Source of the DNA: Lama guanicoe
Lineage: Eukaryota
Reading direction: 5' to 3'
NCBI GenBank assembly: GCA_013239625.1
Contig: MU054117.1
Location: 2,914,011-2,978,010 of the forward strand
Length of the DNA: 64,000 nt
Part shown: one piece after another, positions 26,578-39,289 of the stretch
Layout of the letters: each line of letters starts with the position of its first letter
Position numbering within the stretch: position 1 is the stretch's first letter
Notes under the pieces: model-generated
Database searches by the model: none
Seen by the model: the letters and a program-made list of their open reading frames with translations, nothing else
What the model was told of the DNA's origin: nothing
Position numbers and translations under genes: made by a program

Positions 26578-29330
26578 GCATCCCGGGACACCAGGGATTG
26601 GGTTAAGACTCGGGGTGCAAGGCCCCCCTGCCCGACAAGTGTGCATTTATGGAGAGATTGCCAGGTCCCAGCTCAGGGCCAAGAGCTCTGCATATACACG
26701 CTTGCTAACTCTCTTCCAATGCTGGATAGTTATAAATAGTTATAAATAGTTCACAGCTCCGAGGGGCTAAGAGACTTACACAAATTCACATTGCTAGTAA
26801 GTTGCAGGTTCAGGATTAAAACCCAGGCCGATTTACTGCAAAATTCTTCAAGAGTCTTCTTATTAACCTACATCAGGAGTCCACCAGTGTCTGCTATAAG
26901 GGCCAGGAGGATCACATTTGAGACTTCGCAGGCCATTCGGTCTTTGTCACAGCTTCACACGTTACAGCTTGGAAGCCACCGTGGACGAAACGTGGGGGAC
27001 ACAGCCTGGCTGTGTGCCAGTAACACGACTCACAGAAACAGGCAGGGCCAGGCTGGGCTGGCTGGCCAGCTCAGGTGGTTCCTAACAGTCGGGCCAAGCC
27101 CAGAATTACCCGCAGGGAGCACATTGATGGATAATCACTACACTCCCCTAAAAAGTCAGGGGGAAGTTTTGACGAGGCTCTAGGTTTCCTCAGAGATCCC
27201 CGCCTGTCTGTCCCCATCTTCCTGTCTCAGCTGAAGGAGTCCCTCCACCTGCCCCGCCATGTCCCTCTGACCCGCTGAGGAAGGACTGGTTCCCACTCGG
27301 GACCCTCCAGCCCACGACTCTGCTTCTCTGGGGGCCCCCTCCCTGCAAAGCAATCTTCACCCCGGTTCTGCCAGGAACAGTCTCCAAGGAGCACACAGAG
27401 GGGCTCCTTGTGGAGGAGGAAGCGAGGTCTGAGGGGCCACAGGTGGAGCTGAAGACCCTCAACCCCCTGCCCAAACTCTGCACACACAGGTCAGGGTCCG
27501 CCGTCCGCCGTCTGCCGTCCAGTAGCAGGATGTCCGGCCACGGAGCCTGAGCCCAGGGGCTCGCACCCTGGCCTCAGGGCAGCCCGGCTCCAGTGCCTCC
27601 AGGTTGCTCCAGGGACCTGCTCCTTTTCCCTCCTGTGGTCCCTGCTCTGTCGGGGCGGCTGGCTGTCTATGCCTGGTGCCCAGAGCATCACCTCTGATGG
27701 CTGGTTCTCCACTGCCTCTTGGATGACTGGGAGCCAGCTCTCTGCAAGTGGGTTTTCGTTACTCAGGAAAGAGACCAGGAGCACCAGGGAAGGAGCCTCG
27801 CCATCTCGCTGCTTTCTCAAAGGACGGCAAGCTCTGTGTGGGTTTGTTCCAGTTCCGCAGCTCCGCCGCCCCTCCCACCCAGACCCCCCAACCCGGCCCA
27901 CAGCCTCTCCTTCCTTAAAGCGCCTTTCCCGGTGCCTGGATCTGGGTGTGCATGAATGCCCTGAGCTCTCCTCCACCCTGGGAGGCCATGCTGGGAGCCG
28001 AAGGTGAGAACGGGGCTGATGAGCGGGTTCGGGGACTGGCCACCGGCCACAGCAGCACGTGTCAGGGTGACGGCGGCGGGCAGAGGTCTGTAGGTCCTGC
28101 CAGGAGAACCAAGGGCACAGGGGCCTCGCCGGGGAGCCCAGGGCCAGTTCCAAGAGGGCAGCTTCTTCCCATATCTCCTTCCAGCCCACCCCCCTCCAGC
28201 AGAGAGGCGGCCCTTCAATTTGTTCTCTTGATGCAGCTCCTCAGCTGGAAGAGCTGACCTCTCCAAACTTCAGAACACGACGGTGGGGAGCGGGAAAGGC
28301 CGCGGACGCGCAAGACCCGCTGGTGGGATGTCCGGGCTGCTCCTCCCGCCTGGACCAGGCGAGGCCCGAGAGGGGGTGGCTGACTTGGTGCCTCTGGGAC
28401 CTGAGGCTTCTGACTTCGCTCCCAGCCAGTCAAACACAGACGATTTCTTTAACAGTGTATACTTTACAGTTTAAACCCCCCACGCCCTCCCCGCCGTCAC
28501 GAGAGAGTGGGCTTCAGGGCAGCTTGACTGGCGTCGATTTGGGGAGAGTGCTGATTTGCACCCTGCTTGTGGCCCAGGGTCGACCCTCAATAAACGCGAA
28601 TTCTCTTTCCTTTCTTTCTAGAACGAGAATCAAAAGGGGGGGGGCTGCCATGAAGACCACCGCCTCCGACCACCATGGCCCCAGGCCTGGGAGTGACCAT
28701 TATGAGTTCACAGGGGTTTGTCAAAGTTCCCCCCAACCCGCTGAGGCTGGCCCTCCAGAGGGAGTGAGACTTTGGGAATGAGTGTCAAGGGCAGAAGGGC
28801 ATCTGGGGGCCAATTACTGAAAACTGGAGAGGTCCCGGGCTCACTCGTGGGCTAAGCTGCCTCTCTTCTCAGGTCTTTCCCCCCAGTTTGTGCAGCTACC
28901 GGATGGGGGAAGGACTCAGGGAGCAGCCTGAACAGCACCCCACCCCTCGCGGGGCCAGGGAGAGAAGGACAGGCCCGCCGTCTCCATGCAGGTCTCGAGG
29001 TCCACCTCCCGGCTCAGGCTGTGCGGCGCGCACAGCGAGCAGGGGTGGGACGGGTACTAACGAGGGTCCGCCTTTCACCGCCCAGCTTTAGCGTCCTCTG
29101 AAAAAACGGACTTAAAAAACAAAATCTGACCATCGTGGGTCTCCCTCCTGTACCACAGCTGTGCGCCCCTCCCCAGATGCCCTGGACAGACGAGTGCTGG
29201 AAGGGCTGGGGGTGGGTGGGGGACCTGCGCCTCCTTTACTCTCGTCAGGGTGAAATCATGACTGCAGCATGAGAGATTTAAGGAAGACACTGGGAGGAGC
29301 CTTTTGGCACTGGTGGTGGAGAGCACCAGA

Positions 29331-29510
29331 CCAGGGGTGGGCGAGCCACACTCCCGCACTCTAAATCCGACCAGTGTCTCTTTTTGTACAGCCAGGGAGC
29401 TAAGAACGGCTTTTACACTTTTAAATGGTTGAAAGACTTTCAAAAGAAGAATATTTGGTGAGGCATGAAAATGATGTACCATGTCGATTTCCTCCCAGGC
29501 TGTGGGTCCG
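29331..29510. mobile_element. MER58-like (hAT-Charlie) DNA transposon remnant
   Basis: CAGGGGTGGGCGA...TTTTGTACAGCC...GAGCTAAGAACGGCTTTTACACTTTTAAATGGTTG. Confidence 0.7.
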
Positions 29511-29877
29511 ACACCACACCCGTCCCTGGGACACATGAGGCACCTCGTGGGAGTGGCTTGGGCACAGCTCAGAGCTGTGTTATGAAGCAACAAGTCAGTG
29601 CCTCTTTGCCTTTGTTCCGAAGAGTTCTTCTCCATGTCTTACTTAAGTCCCTCATGTTGCTATCGCCATTTCCTGCAAACCTGGGGAGTCACCGAGTCAG
29701 ACAGAGAAACACCCCCACCCTTCGTCTGACAGAAAGTAAAGACCAGAAAAAGAAGGAACCCACGAGATCTGGCTCCCAGGGGATGTCACCTCTGGTGGTG
29801 CAGGACCCAACCCAACAGAGGGAGACCCAGGCCCTTTGGCCTTCCGGGTGGGCAGGCCCAGCCCGGCCTCCTCTTAC

Positions 29878-30096
29878 CTGCATATCCCTCCTGGCGATGA
29901 AGCCCTTGCCCTCGGCATCACAGGTCTGGAAGAATTCCTGCGCCTTCCTCAGCATGGCCAGCTCCCGGGCCCCCTGGGTCTCCTCACGTGGCCGGTCGTC
30001 CAGGGGTCCCCAGTCGTCCCCGCTCCCCTGGCTCCCCTGGCTCCCCGGGCCAGGCCTCCGGGGTCTGGAAACCACTCTCCCGTCAGGGTTAGCCAT
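29878..30096 (-). CDS. CRACR2A: CRACR2A first coding exon (219 nt, 73 aa: MANPDGRVVSRP...[25 protein letters not shown]), EF-hand 1
   Basis: Translation matches the recalled CRACR2A N-terminus (MAAPDGRVVSRP...[23 protein letters not shown]). ATG at 30096. Pyrimidine-rich acceptor ...ccaccttcag puts the exon start at 30113. Donor CAG|GTAAGA, phase 0. Confidence 0.96.
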
Positions 30097-30113
30097 CCAA
30101 GTCTTCCCAGGAC
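30097..30113 (-). other. CRACR2A: 5'UTR portion of the first coding exon of CRACR2A
   Basis: 17 nt between the acceptor AG (30114-30115) and the ATG. The acceptor implies upstream non-coding exon(s). Confidence 0.75.
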
Positions 30114-31969
30114 CTGAAGGTGGAAGATGAGAGAGAGGAGTGGGGATGGTGGGGGGGTGCTGGAAGAGGACGGGAGAGGGCGGCAGGGAGCACAGCCCCA
30201 CTCGCCAGCGCCCCTGCCGCTCTTAGCAGCGCCCCCTAATGTGCGCAAGCTCAGGACGGCCCTTAATGGGCCAGCCGGCCTGTCAAAGAGCTCGGAGAAG
30301 AGAGGGGGGAGGAAAACGGACATTTCCAGATCCGAGAGGAGGCGGCTAGAGACTTTCTCCCAACTGCGACCAATGACGACACACATCCTGAGAGGCCAGC
30401 TACCGTTTCTTGAGCGTTTACTTGGAGGCAGGCACCACGCCGTGGTCCCTCTGTCCGTGTTCCTGTCTGTTTCTCACACCCCTCTGAAAGACAGTATCGT
30501 CTCCAGGCTCAGAGAGGTTGAGTGTCTTGACCAAGGCCACACAGCAGGTGAGTGCGGTGAGTGCAGAAGCTGAGATGCAAACGTGCCCTCATCTCACAGG
30601 TATTTGATCTTAATCCCACAGGGTCCTGACTCCTAAGCGGCGCCAAGGACGGAGAGCTCCCCTGGCCCAGAGGCTTCATCTCCTACATTAGTCACAATCA
30701 GCACGTTCTTGGTGAGCGTTCCTCCCGTGCTGCGGCCTCTGCTGACGGGCGAGAAGGTGCGCCCCGTCCTCAGAAGGCCCCCCGTTGTGCTGGGCTTGCC
30801 GGGCCTGGTTTGGTGACATCAGGGCTGCCTTTAGCCAACACAGAATCACAAATCATACACCTCGACCAGAAAGTCCCTTGAAACATTTTGTCAGAGGATG
30901 CACTGCAGACATGATGGCGTGGAAGACGGCACAGGAACCTGGCTTCTGCTGCTGCTTAAGTGACCTTGAACAAGTTACAGCCTGTCTGGGCCTCAGTGTC
31001 CTCATCTGTATCAGACTAGAGATGCTTGCTTTAAACGTTCCTTTTAGCTCTGATAGTCTGTAAGTCCGTGAAGTTTCAAAATGATAAAATGTTACTAATG
31101 AAAAATGGGGTTAAATGTGATCATAAAGAAGAGTAATGCCCTTGGATTTTTCCATCCGAAGACATTTTGGAAGCAGAGTAGGTCCAAATTGTAATATATG
31201 ATAATATTTGAAGTTAAAAATACAGATATGCAGTGCAATGCCTTCTGTGGGGAAAGTGAAGTCCTAGTCATACCTCCAGTGTCCACAGCCAGAAACGACG
31301 GGAAATCGCCGTGTCTCCAGCCCAGGGTCCTGGCTGGTTACACCCGGCTCCTAAGTCATCCATGATTTCAGTCAACATCTTCCAGATCTGTCAAGAGCTC
31401 TGGGCCCAGAGCTGGAAGACGACCTCTAATGAACTCCGTGTAACAGAGCCGACCAGGCAGAGCGGACCGCACCGTCTCACTGCTCGGGCTGGACGAGGAG
31501 CGCCCATCCTGGCTCCGTGGACCGGCCCCTCTCTGGGAAACCTGGCTCTGTCTTCATCCCTACGTGGTATGAACTGACCGTCATCTAATCACAGGCAGAT
31601 CTGACATTTCTATTCTGTCTTCCTCAGGGAGAACTGCCCCGGCTTAAGTCCCAAAGGAGCAGGGCGGTGTCTGCATGGTTTGTGCTCGCTGCCCAGGACA
31701 TCTGAGTCACTGCTGAGCTTAGGAAGGGCTTGTGGATAGTGACGGTGAGAACACCTGAGCTTCTGTAAACACGCAGCCCCCGCAGAGCTGCCCGCTGCCT
31801 TCCTGCTCCTGCCAGACTACCTGCGAGGTGCCTGCACCGCTACCCTCTTCCTGCCGGCTGCTCCCAGGACACTGGGCCAATAAACCTGTCTGTCATTCCT
31901 TCAGGGCATCCTCTTGCCAGGCCCCTAACATACTTCATCTCACTGGGACCTGACATCCCAGAATTTCAG

Positions 31970-34083
31970 CTGATGAAATTCACAAAAAGCTGCAAGAGCT
32001 AACACGTGACTTTAACAAGGTTAAAGGGTACGATCTCTCTCTATGGAAATCGATTGTATTTCTGTATACCAGCAACGGAAGTTCAAACTGAAATAAAAAT
32101 ATCATTTACAGTAGCATCAAAAACATGAAATCCTTAAGACAGCAAACATTTCCATCACTCCCCAAGAGGTGCAATTTTCGAATTCCCATGTGAGCTATCT
32201 TGAGTGCGGTGGTGGTTTCATGGGTGAATACATCTATTAAAATTCATCAAATTGCACATCTGAAATATGTGCAGTTCACTGTACAGGAACCATACCACAA
32301 TAAAGGGGGTAAAAATATGAGGTGCTTCTGGATATAGCTGACGAAAAATGTGTAATACTTGTACACGGAAAGCTACACAATATTGATGAGAAAAATTAAA
32401 AAGGAGGCTGAAATAACTGGAGAGATGTGCATGTTCACGGAGACACCATGAGACACCATTTCTCCCTAAATTCATTTATAGACTTACCTCCGTCTCAATC
32501 AAAACCACAGCAGGTTTTTGCAGACATTGACAAGCTGATCTAACATCCATAGGAAAATGCAAATGACCTAGAACAGCCGAAACAGCTTTGAAAAAGGAAA
32601 ACAAAATTGGAAGACTAACACTACCTGGTGACAAGACATTATGAGTCTCCAGTAATCAAGACAGTGTGGTATCGGCATAAAGGCAGAAAAAACGATCAAT
32701 GAAATGGAATAGAGAATAGAGGATCCAGAAATAGACTCGGATAAAGAACTGACCTGTGACAAAGATGCAGAGATGGTCCAGCAGAGGAAGGGTGATCTTT
32801 CCAGCAAATGGTACCAGAGTAATTGCATACCCACTTGCAAAAAGGAATTTCAATTCACACCTCGTGTCACATACAAAAATTTACTCAAAATGGATCATAG
32901 ACCTAAATGGAAAATCTAAACGTATAAACTTCAGGAAGAAAACGGGTTTTCGACTTTGGCTGAATGAACTGTTTCTTCGGTACACTAGCAGTGGCAGAAT
33001 CCCTTAAAAAGAAAACCCTGCTGAATTGGATTTTATCCAAATTTTGAATTTCTGCTCTTTGAGAGACACCATAAGCTACAGAGGAAAAGTTGTTTGCAAA
33101 TCATATCTGATAGTGGATTTTGATCCAGAATATATGAAAAACTCTCAGAACTCATTAAAAAGAAAATAAACAGCTCATTTTTTTTAAACGAACAAACATT
33201 TGAACAGGCACTTCACCAAATGAGATATATGGATATCAAATAGCTATATGAAAATGCTCAACATTATTAGGCATAAGGGAAATGCAATTTGGAACTGAAA
33301 TGGAATACCACGACAGGCTTACTAGGGTGGCTGGAATGAAAAAGATGGACCAAATCTTGGCGAGGATGTGGGGTGATCGGATGGAACACTTGTATGTTGT
33401 TGGTGGGAACAGATGCACAAAATGTACACCCCCGTCGGAAAACATTCGCTGGTTCCCCTAAAAAGCCAAACAAACTTCTACCGAACGATCCAGATACCCC
33501 TCTCCTACATCTTCCCCCAGGAGAACAAAAGCCTCTGTCCATACAAGGCTTGTCCGTGAAGGTTCATAGAAGCTTTCCTTGTAGCTGAAAACAGCACACA
33601 CGTTCACCAGCAGGTGCATGGGTGCGCGGGTGGTGGTCTAAACACACAATGAGAGGCTCTTCGGCTTCGAAAGGCAGGAACTCCTGATCCAAGCAACAAC
33701 CTGCATGAATCTCAAAATCACCATGGGAGTGAAAGAAGCCAGACAAAAAGGCGACATACTCTTGGATTCCATTTATATTAAATTATATTTTTAAAATGAA
33801 GACTGATCTATAGTGTCAGGAAAGAGACAGGGAGGTGGGGATGGGTGAGAAGAAGGGGTGACGAATGGGCCAGAGGAACTTTTGGGGGGATGCGGATATA
33901 TTCGAAATCTTAGCTGTGGTGCTACGTTCACAGAGACACCCATATATATGTACAGTCAAGCACACACACACATATACAGACATGTGTATACAAATCGGTA
34001 TCAAAACATCAAATTACACAATTTAAATATGTGCGGTGTATTGTACGTCAACAGCTCAACAGATTTATCAAAAAAAAAAAAAA
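31970..34083 (+). mobile_element. Old 5'-truncated L1 (degraded ORF2 3' part and 3'UTR, L1MB/MC-like) with poly(A)
   Basis: A-rich L1 ORF2 motifs, e.g. TCAAGACAGTGTGGTAT, AAATGGATCATAGACCTAAA, GCATGAATCTCAAAA. A-run at 34070-34083. Multiple stops and frameshifts. Confidence 0.85.
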
Positions 34084-35249
34084 GGTCCAGCCAGAACCTT
34101 CTCATACGCCCCAGGACTTGCAAACCAAGCCCTGCCTACTGTGTTTATCCCCAGGGTCCTGATTCTTCCTTTTACATTCAACTCTGGCAACTGGAAAATG
34201 GCTGAAAATTAAGTAATTTCCCTGTGAAAACCCTCAGTCCCTTAGCAGAGGGAGCTGGGTGAACTTTGGTAGTGAGGGGGCAGGGCAGAGCCGCCCCGCA
34301 GACCACTCCCCGCGGAGCTCCCCTCCTGCCTCCTCTGGCTCCGCCTGCAGCCCTGGGGTCCCAAGGGGCAAGACCGCAAATCAACAGCAGGGCTTCTGCC
34401 CTCATCTCAGGACAAAACAGAAGCCCGGTGAGCAGCTTGGCTGTCTCCCAGTTAGATGAAGCCCAGCGATGCCCTGGGCCCGGGGCTGGACGCAGGTTTC
34501 CGTCTCAAAGATTTTTTCGATGACCAGACAGTGCACCCATAAAAGGGAGAGTGGTGGAATGGGTTCCAAGGGCAGAGGGCAAAGGGCATCAGCATCACAA
34601 GGGAAAAGAGAGGCCACTTGGATCTGCCTGGCTGTGCCAGAGCTGGCAGACCGCTGTTCCCCTCCAGAATGGTTCCATGAAACCCTCACACACAGATGGA
34701 AGCGATCCAGCCCTCAAGTATTCCCAGGAACACTTCCCAGACTTCCAGAGTCATTCACAGCTTAGTATCTGCTGCCCGCAAGCAGAGCGTCCACAGACCA
34801 AGCCTAGATCCCCTCTGCAGGCTCCAGGCTCAGCGCCCCCGCCTTCTGGGCTCCGTGGAGTTGGAGATCGGCTGGTCCCTCGCTCCGCGCCACGCCCGTG
34901 GCCGACCTGAAAGCTCCTGAGCTCCCCTGAATCTCTCGGGCGGCAGACACTTATCAAGAGCCCTGAAGCATCGTCAGGATCAGTTCAACTCTCCTTAATT
35001 ACCCTGGCTCCGGGGCAGGAAGGTTCCACCTGCCGCAGGACCCCGAGCCTCCACCCCCAGCCTCCACCCTCTGCTCCGTGTCACACGGACCAGTCTCGTC
35101 AAATTGAACAGGTGCAGGAGGGCTGCTGAGCAAAAGGTTTCAAAGGCAGCTGCACAGAAAAGGACGAGAGATGCTCACAGGGAGTGGTTCTTACCCGGCC
35201 CCTGGGAGGGAGCAAGGTCGGAAAGAACCAAGGTCTCACGTGGGAGGTG

Positions 35250-36145
35250 GATTGGTTTCTCAGGTCCCCCACAGCAAAGGACCAAAGATCAGGTGGCTTA
35301 AAACAACAGAAGCTTATCCCTCTGAGGCTGCACGTCCAAGGTAGGATCCGCCCTCGCCCCTTCCCCGCGTCTGGTGGTGGCGGCAGCCCTGGACAGTCCT
35401 GCTCGGCTCCACCCCTCCCCTGAGCTCCGCCTCCGTCGTCGCATGGCCTCTCCCCTCCTGGGTCTGTTCCCGCCATCTCCCCCTCTGCGAAGAATGCCCC
35501 TTGTGCTGGATGAAGGGCCCACCCTCATCCTAGCTTGGCCAATTACATCGCCAATCCCCCTAGACAGGAGGGAAGCGGGCGGGGCACAGCCATTAAAAGA
35601 ATGACGCAGCAATGAGCACCCAGACGGGAGATTTGGCCTCCAGTAGACCTTGACCTTCATCACAGGCTCAACGTAACACATTAGCATGGTAAACAGCACT
35701 CCCACGGGCGCCGTGACAGCTCCGAGGCTGACCATGAAAGGTCAGAAAGTGGGCAGGGGCCTGATTCCAGGGAATCCCGGCCCCTTCGCCAAAGCAGTCG
35801 GAATAATCGTCCCGCTTGTTAGCACATGAAGCTACCCAGCCCATGCAACACCCGCCCGCGCTTTGTGGCCTCTCTGGCCTTCTGAGACGGCCTGCGCTCT
35901 GTCTGTGGAGGGCGCCTCTCTCTGACTAAGGCTACTCAGCTCAGCTAGTAAACCTACTTTTACTCAGCTATGGCTCGCTCGTGAATCCTTTCCTGCACGA
36001 AGCCAAGCCAGGGACTCACCGGGACCAGGGACGTGGCCATCCTCTCACGCCCCATTTTCCCTGTATCAACCCTACTTTCATTCCAAGGTACTGGGGGTTA
36101 AGGTCTCAACATATCTGTTGGGAGACACAGTTTAACTCCTCACAG
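35250..36145 (-). mobile_element. MLT1 (MaLR) LTR interrupted by the MER41-like LTR
   Basis: Left piece has GGTGGCTTAAAACAACAGAA and AGGGCCCACCCT. Right piece has GGTACTGGGGGTTAAGGTCTCAACATATCT...GGAGACACAGTTTAAC. Confidence 0.7.
35561..36068 (+). mobile_element. MER41-like ERV1 LTR nested in an MLT1 element
   Basis: Motifs CATTAGCATGGTAAACAGCACTCCCACGGGCGCCGTGACAG and CTCGCTCGTGAATCCTTTCCTGCACGA resemble MER41-group LTRs. Ends in ...TGTATCA. Confidence 0.65.
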
Positions 36146-37289
36146 GTGGCGGCATAGAAGACCCTGAGCTGGGAGTGAAAGTGCCTGGTTTGGAGGGGAC
36201 GGGAGACCCAGTCCGGGGGAGTGGGCGGGGACAGCAGCCGGTGGGAGGTGCCTGGTCCAGCCAGCTACCGGGTGAGCCGCTTGGGCTACTGGAGGCTCAG
36301 AGAACTCCATCTCTCGTCTTCCTCCCCTTGGAGAAGAGGACTCCCACCCTGCTTAGCAGAATGGGAAGAGCCACATTTTCTTGGGTTCAAATCCTGCCTC
36401 CACCACGTCCTAGCTGGACGACCTTGGGCAAGTTGCAGGACCTCCCCAGGCCTCAGTTTCCCCATCTGTAAAATGCAGATGGCAGTACCTACTTCAAGTC
36501 AGGACCAGGCAACTTCCAAACACGTAAAGCACTTGGAAACTGTGCCTGGCTCAGTGAGAGGCTGGTAAATGTTAGCTCTTCTAATAACTTCTAATTCATT
36601 TTCAGTTATTCTTTTTAGTTTAAAATTCTGAGAGCGAGATGACTCCTCCGCAGGTGATAAAATAACGAAAGACACATAAAGGAATAGTGATGCTAATTAC
36701 TTCCTTGAGGTTTAAAAAGAACTTTCACTTCTGTCATCTCATTTCCATAGTGATCCTGGGAAGCTGTGAGGACTGGCTGTCTCTTCCCCCTTTTATTCAT
36801 GAGAATCTCAGTCTCCAGGAGGTTAAGTGGCCTGCCCAGGGTCAGGAGAAAGCAGAGGAGGGATGCAAATTTACCACCCCGGAGGTAAGAGCAAAGACCA
36901 GAGGCGCAGCGGCGCTGTGGGTGTGTTCTGGGACTCAGCACAGGGCACTTGTCAGTTCCTTGTCCCTCCTGGAAGAACACGTCTGCTCCCGCTCTCAGCA
37001 CTGTGCATGCCTTCAGGGCTCAGCTCTGAGTCCACCTCCTCCGAGAAGTCTTCCCTGACCCCCCAGTATGGACTGCTCTGGCCCCTGGCCCTGAGCGCCT
37101 GCTCCTTCATGCTTCACGCAGGAGAACGTACTGCCAGGTCCGGTTGGCTAGACTGTCAAGTGCACATGATATGGCATTTTTTTCTCGAAAGCAGAAGCCC
37201 TATCGATAAATCAGAGTAGGTGTGAAATTGATATTTGATCATTTAAATGAACAAATCCCCAGCCTGGTACTTGGCATATAACAGGCACT

Positions 37290-37718
37290 CAACATAAAAC
37301 TTGAGAATTATGTTTTATTTGAGGACACTCCCCAGGACTGTAGCCCAAGAAGACAGCCTCTCGGGTAGCTGTGAGGGACTGTTCCGAAGAGGTAAGGGAG
37401 GAGCCAGGATATATAGTGGTTTTTGCTGAAAAATAAAACTTACAGTCAAATGTCAAAAGACTACTGCTAATCACAAAAAACCCCCAGACATCTCAAGTAG
37501 ATGGTCTGAGCGACTCTCTGTGTACGGGAAGACGCAGGAGTCGGGGCTCACGGAAACCACTCCTTTGATGAGCATCTTAACTCCCTAGGGCCACCCTCCT
37601 GATTTCCTCCAGCCTGAGTTCCCCGCAGGGCGCACCGCTGGGGGCGGCTGCAGTGGGTGATGGCTTGATGCTAGGAGACACTGTTTCCTAAAATGGCAGG
37701 CAATATTTTTTGTCCACG
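37290..37718 (-). mobile_element. ERV1-type LTR
   Basis: Minus strand begins (C)GTGGACAAAAAATATTGCCTGCCAT and has AATAAA near 37314. Family assignment from memory. Confidence 0.6.
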
Positions 37719-38200
37719 GCGGGTTGGAACTTTCAGCCCCACCCTTACCTCCAGGAAGGGGAGAGGGGCTGGAGCTTGAGTTAACCACCAATGGTTTGTG
37801 AAGTAATCAATCCTGCCTAGGTGTCAAAGCTTCCATAAGAAGTCCTAATGAATGGGGGCTGGTGAACACGTGGAGGATTGGGGGGGCGTGCCACACCCCA
37901 CCTTCCCCTGCCCGTACCTGCATCTCCCATCTGCATCTCTTCCATCTGGCTGCCTGCCAGCTGCATCCTTTGTAGCAAACTGGTCATAGCAAGTAAGGCA
38001 CTTCCTGAGTTCTGCAGGAGGGGCTTGTGGGAAGCCCAGAATTTACAGCCTGTGAGTCAGACACATGGGTGACAACCTGGGATGTGCAGCAGGCATCTGA
38101 ACGGGGACAGTCTTGTAGGACTGAGCCCTTAGCCTTCAGGGTCTGTGTTACTGTCAGAATTGAATTGGATTAGAGAACACACATTTGGTGTCAGAAATGC
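37719..38200. mobile_element. MER21-like LTR
   Basis: GGGTTGGAACTTTCAGCCCCACCC...GGGGAGAGGGGCTGGAG and GGGACAGTCTTGTAGGACTGAGCCCTT...GTCAGAATTGAATTG are typical MER21 motifs. Confidence 0.7.
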
Positions 38201-39170
38201 TGTTAGGAAAAAAAAGACACCACAATATGGAACCAGCAGTTCTCCGTGGTGGGCACAGCACCTGCCCGTTTCTGTGGTGTCAGTGTTGCCACCGCAGACA
38301 GTTTCAAGCTACCAACGGTCAGGTCTTACCAAGAAAGACGTCCTGAGGCCCGTGTTTCTGCCCAGAGTGTCCCTAGGGGTGGTCTCTGCAACCGCAGCAC
38401 TGTCTGCTCGGGGGATGGTCTGCTCTGATTCCTCCTTAGACAGCATCCCCCACCAGGGACTTACAGGCTGGGGCCCCTTTTAAATCCATCTTAGTATCTG
38501 GGAGATAGGCTCCACTCGAGTCTTAGGGTGCACAGGTGGCCTGCCTTCGTTCACGCCTCTGGGCAGACCCTCACGTGGGACCAGGACGGCGAGACAGATG
38601 AACAGAGACACTGCTCCTTCACTGCCTTCACACCGAGATGCCAGTGTGTCAGCCCAGGTCCGTCCGGGAAGGGGACCTTCCCTGCTCCGTATCAGCTTGT
38701 CCTTTACTTCTCTGACATGCAGGGTGGCGGGCTGCAGAGACCCCCACCCCTTCTCTGACAGGCCCCTTAACCGAGGTGGGCAAGAACACCCAGTCCGAGG
38801 CCGGATCACCCGCGCCCCTGGCTGTGTGGCCACAAAGAGGTTTCCCACCCTCTCTGGGCCCCACTCTCCTCCCCTGTCCCGGGAAGGCAGGCAGCGCCTT
38901 ACAAGTGTCAGCTGCTGTTAGCATTCTCATCGTCATCGGAACCCAAATGGGCTTCCTCTGCCCCAGCGAAACAAACTCTGAAACAAAAATCAGCACAACA
39001 GCAACAAAAACACTACAGGAAGAGATGCAACAAGAAACCCCTACATCTGTCATGGACGGCCCAGCGGGACGGGACCTCGTGGCGGGATGTCACCCACCCC
39101 AGGCCACCGGGGAGGCCTTATGCCCCAGCAGCCCACATAAAGGGGCAGGGGTATAGAAGCACCTTTGGGA

Positions 39171-39289
39171 CTGGGAGGGGACAGCTCAGGGGGAGAGCAT
39201 GTGCTTAGCACGCACCAGGTCCTGGGGTCCGTCCCCAGCGTCTCTACTGAAAAAGAAAAAGCAAATAAATTCATTAAAAAGAAAATAAA
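39171..39289 (+). mobile_element. Vic-1-type SINE with 16-bp target site duplication
   Basis: Diverged tRNA-like head and A-rich tail. TSD AGAAGCACCTTTGGGA (39155-39170) and AGAAGCCCCTTTGGGA (39290-39305). Confidence 0.85.

Noticed and set aside
29465..30130. 221-aa + strand ORF antisense to the first coding exon (likewise 2772-3134, 4732-5058 and 20291-20614)
   Set aside because: Shadow ORFs opposite real exons or repeats, with no independent gene signals.
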